From Desulfatiglandales bacterium (GTDB lineage: Bacteria > Desulfobacterota > DSM-4660 > Desulfatiglandales > HGW-15): a stretch of 64,000 nucleotides of DNA. The DNA is taken from contig CAXXJJ010000001.1 in assembly GCA_963667015.2 (NCBI GenBank), forward strand, positions 1,824,001-1,888,000. The letters are read 5' to 3'. A program made the translations under genes and the position numbers. This document shows, piece after piece, positions 63,498 to 64,000 of the stretch (position 1 is the stretch's first letter; each line of letters opens with the position of its first letter). Below the pieces are notes generated by a model that was not told where the DNA came from, ran no database searches, and saw only the letters and a list, made by a program, of their open reading frames with translations.

Positions 63498-63851
63498 ATG
63501 GAACTTTTTAAAATTATCAGTGCATATCCGAAATTATCAATGGCAATATTGTCACCCGTTCTTCTGTGCATAGGGTACTTTTTTCGTTTAAGAGTTGAGA
63601 AGAAAAAGAATTTGAAAGGTGCACTATACATACTCCTTGAAATATGGCATCGCTTATCAGTCTTCTATCGGAATGATTTTTCAGGAGTATATGACCAGGT
63701 CTTCAGTCAGATTCAAAAGTTGTTTCCTAATCAAGAGATCCCAAAAGAAATGCTTGATTCCACAAAAAAACAGTTTTCACCCATGCTAAATAATCTTTCA
63801 AGAAATGTCGCTTTAGTTGGACTAAAAGACTATGCGAGAACTCAATGGTAA
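63498..63851 (+). CDS. Hypothetical membrane protein, possibly truncated
   Basis: N-terminal TM helix; stop codon abuts a GGGGAC motif. Confidence 0.6.
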   Translation: MELFKIISAYPKLSMAILSPVLLCIGYFFRLRVEKKKNLKGALYILLEIWHRLSVFYRNDFSGVYDQVFSQIQKLFPNQEIPKEMLDSTKKQFSPMLNNLSRNVALVGLKDYARTQW

Positions 63852-64000
63852 TGGGGACGCCCTAAACTTATTAACTTCACAGATGTTGTCGCTTGCGAAA
63901 GGGTGTCAGGTCATTACTTTTTACAGATGTCTAGTGGGGCGTTCTGTTCGGTTATACAGGCCAATAGAATAACTTGTTAAAGCTTAAAGGTTATCAATAT

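Overview
AT-rich bacterial chromosome segment; gene content suggests an anaerobic deltaproteobacterium (Desulfobacterota), which is an inference. Positions 1-40 kb are mostly core genes. They include a minus-strand chemosensory operon (cheR, soluble double-PAS receptor, cheW, cheA, cheY, STAS, atypical MCP-like protein) next to a sigma54 response regulator, then recG, pcm, a TPR lipoprotein, rlmKL, an LPS-modification cluster, an M16 protease, oppABCDF with DUF885, hypCFDEAB, a vapBC-type pair, tRNA-Gln(CTG) and tRNA-Glu(CTC). After tRNA-Glu (about 40.7-64 kb) lies a mosaic accessory region. It holds several TA modules, an IS1380, an IS630 that splits a reconstructable gene, multiple pseudogenes, secreted proteins and a DUF4268-nuclease/PIN gene pair. 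The most striking pattern is a recurring degenerate GGGGNCANNNCTT / AAGNNNTGNCCCC half-site and hairpin motif at gene and fragment boundaries there. It suggests a cassette-like gene-capture array, but no cognate recombinase is visible in the window. All family calls come from motif recognition, not database searches.
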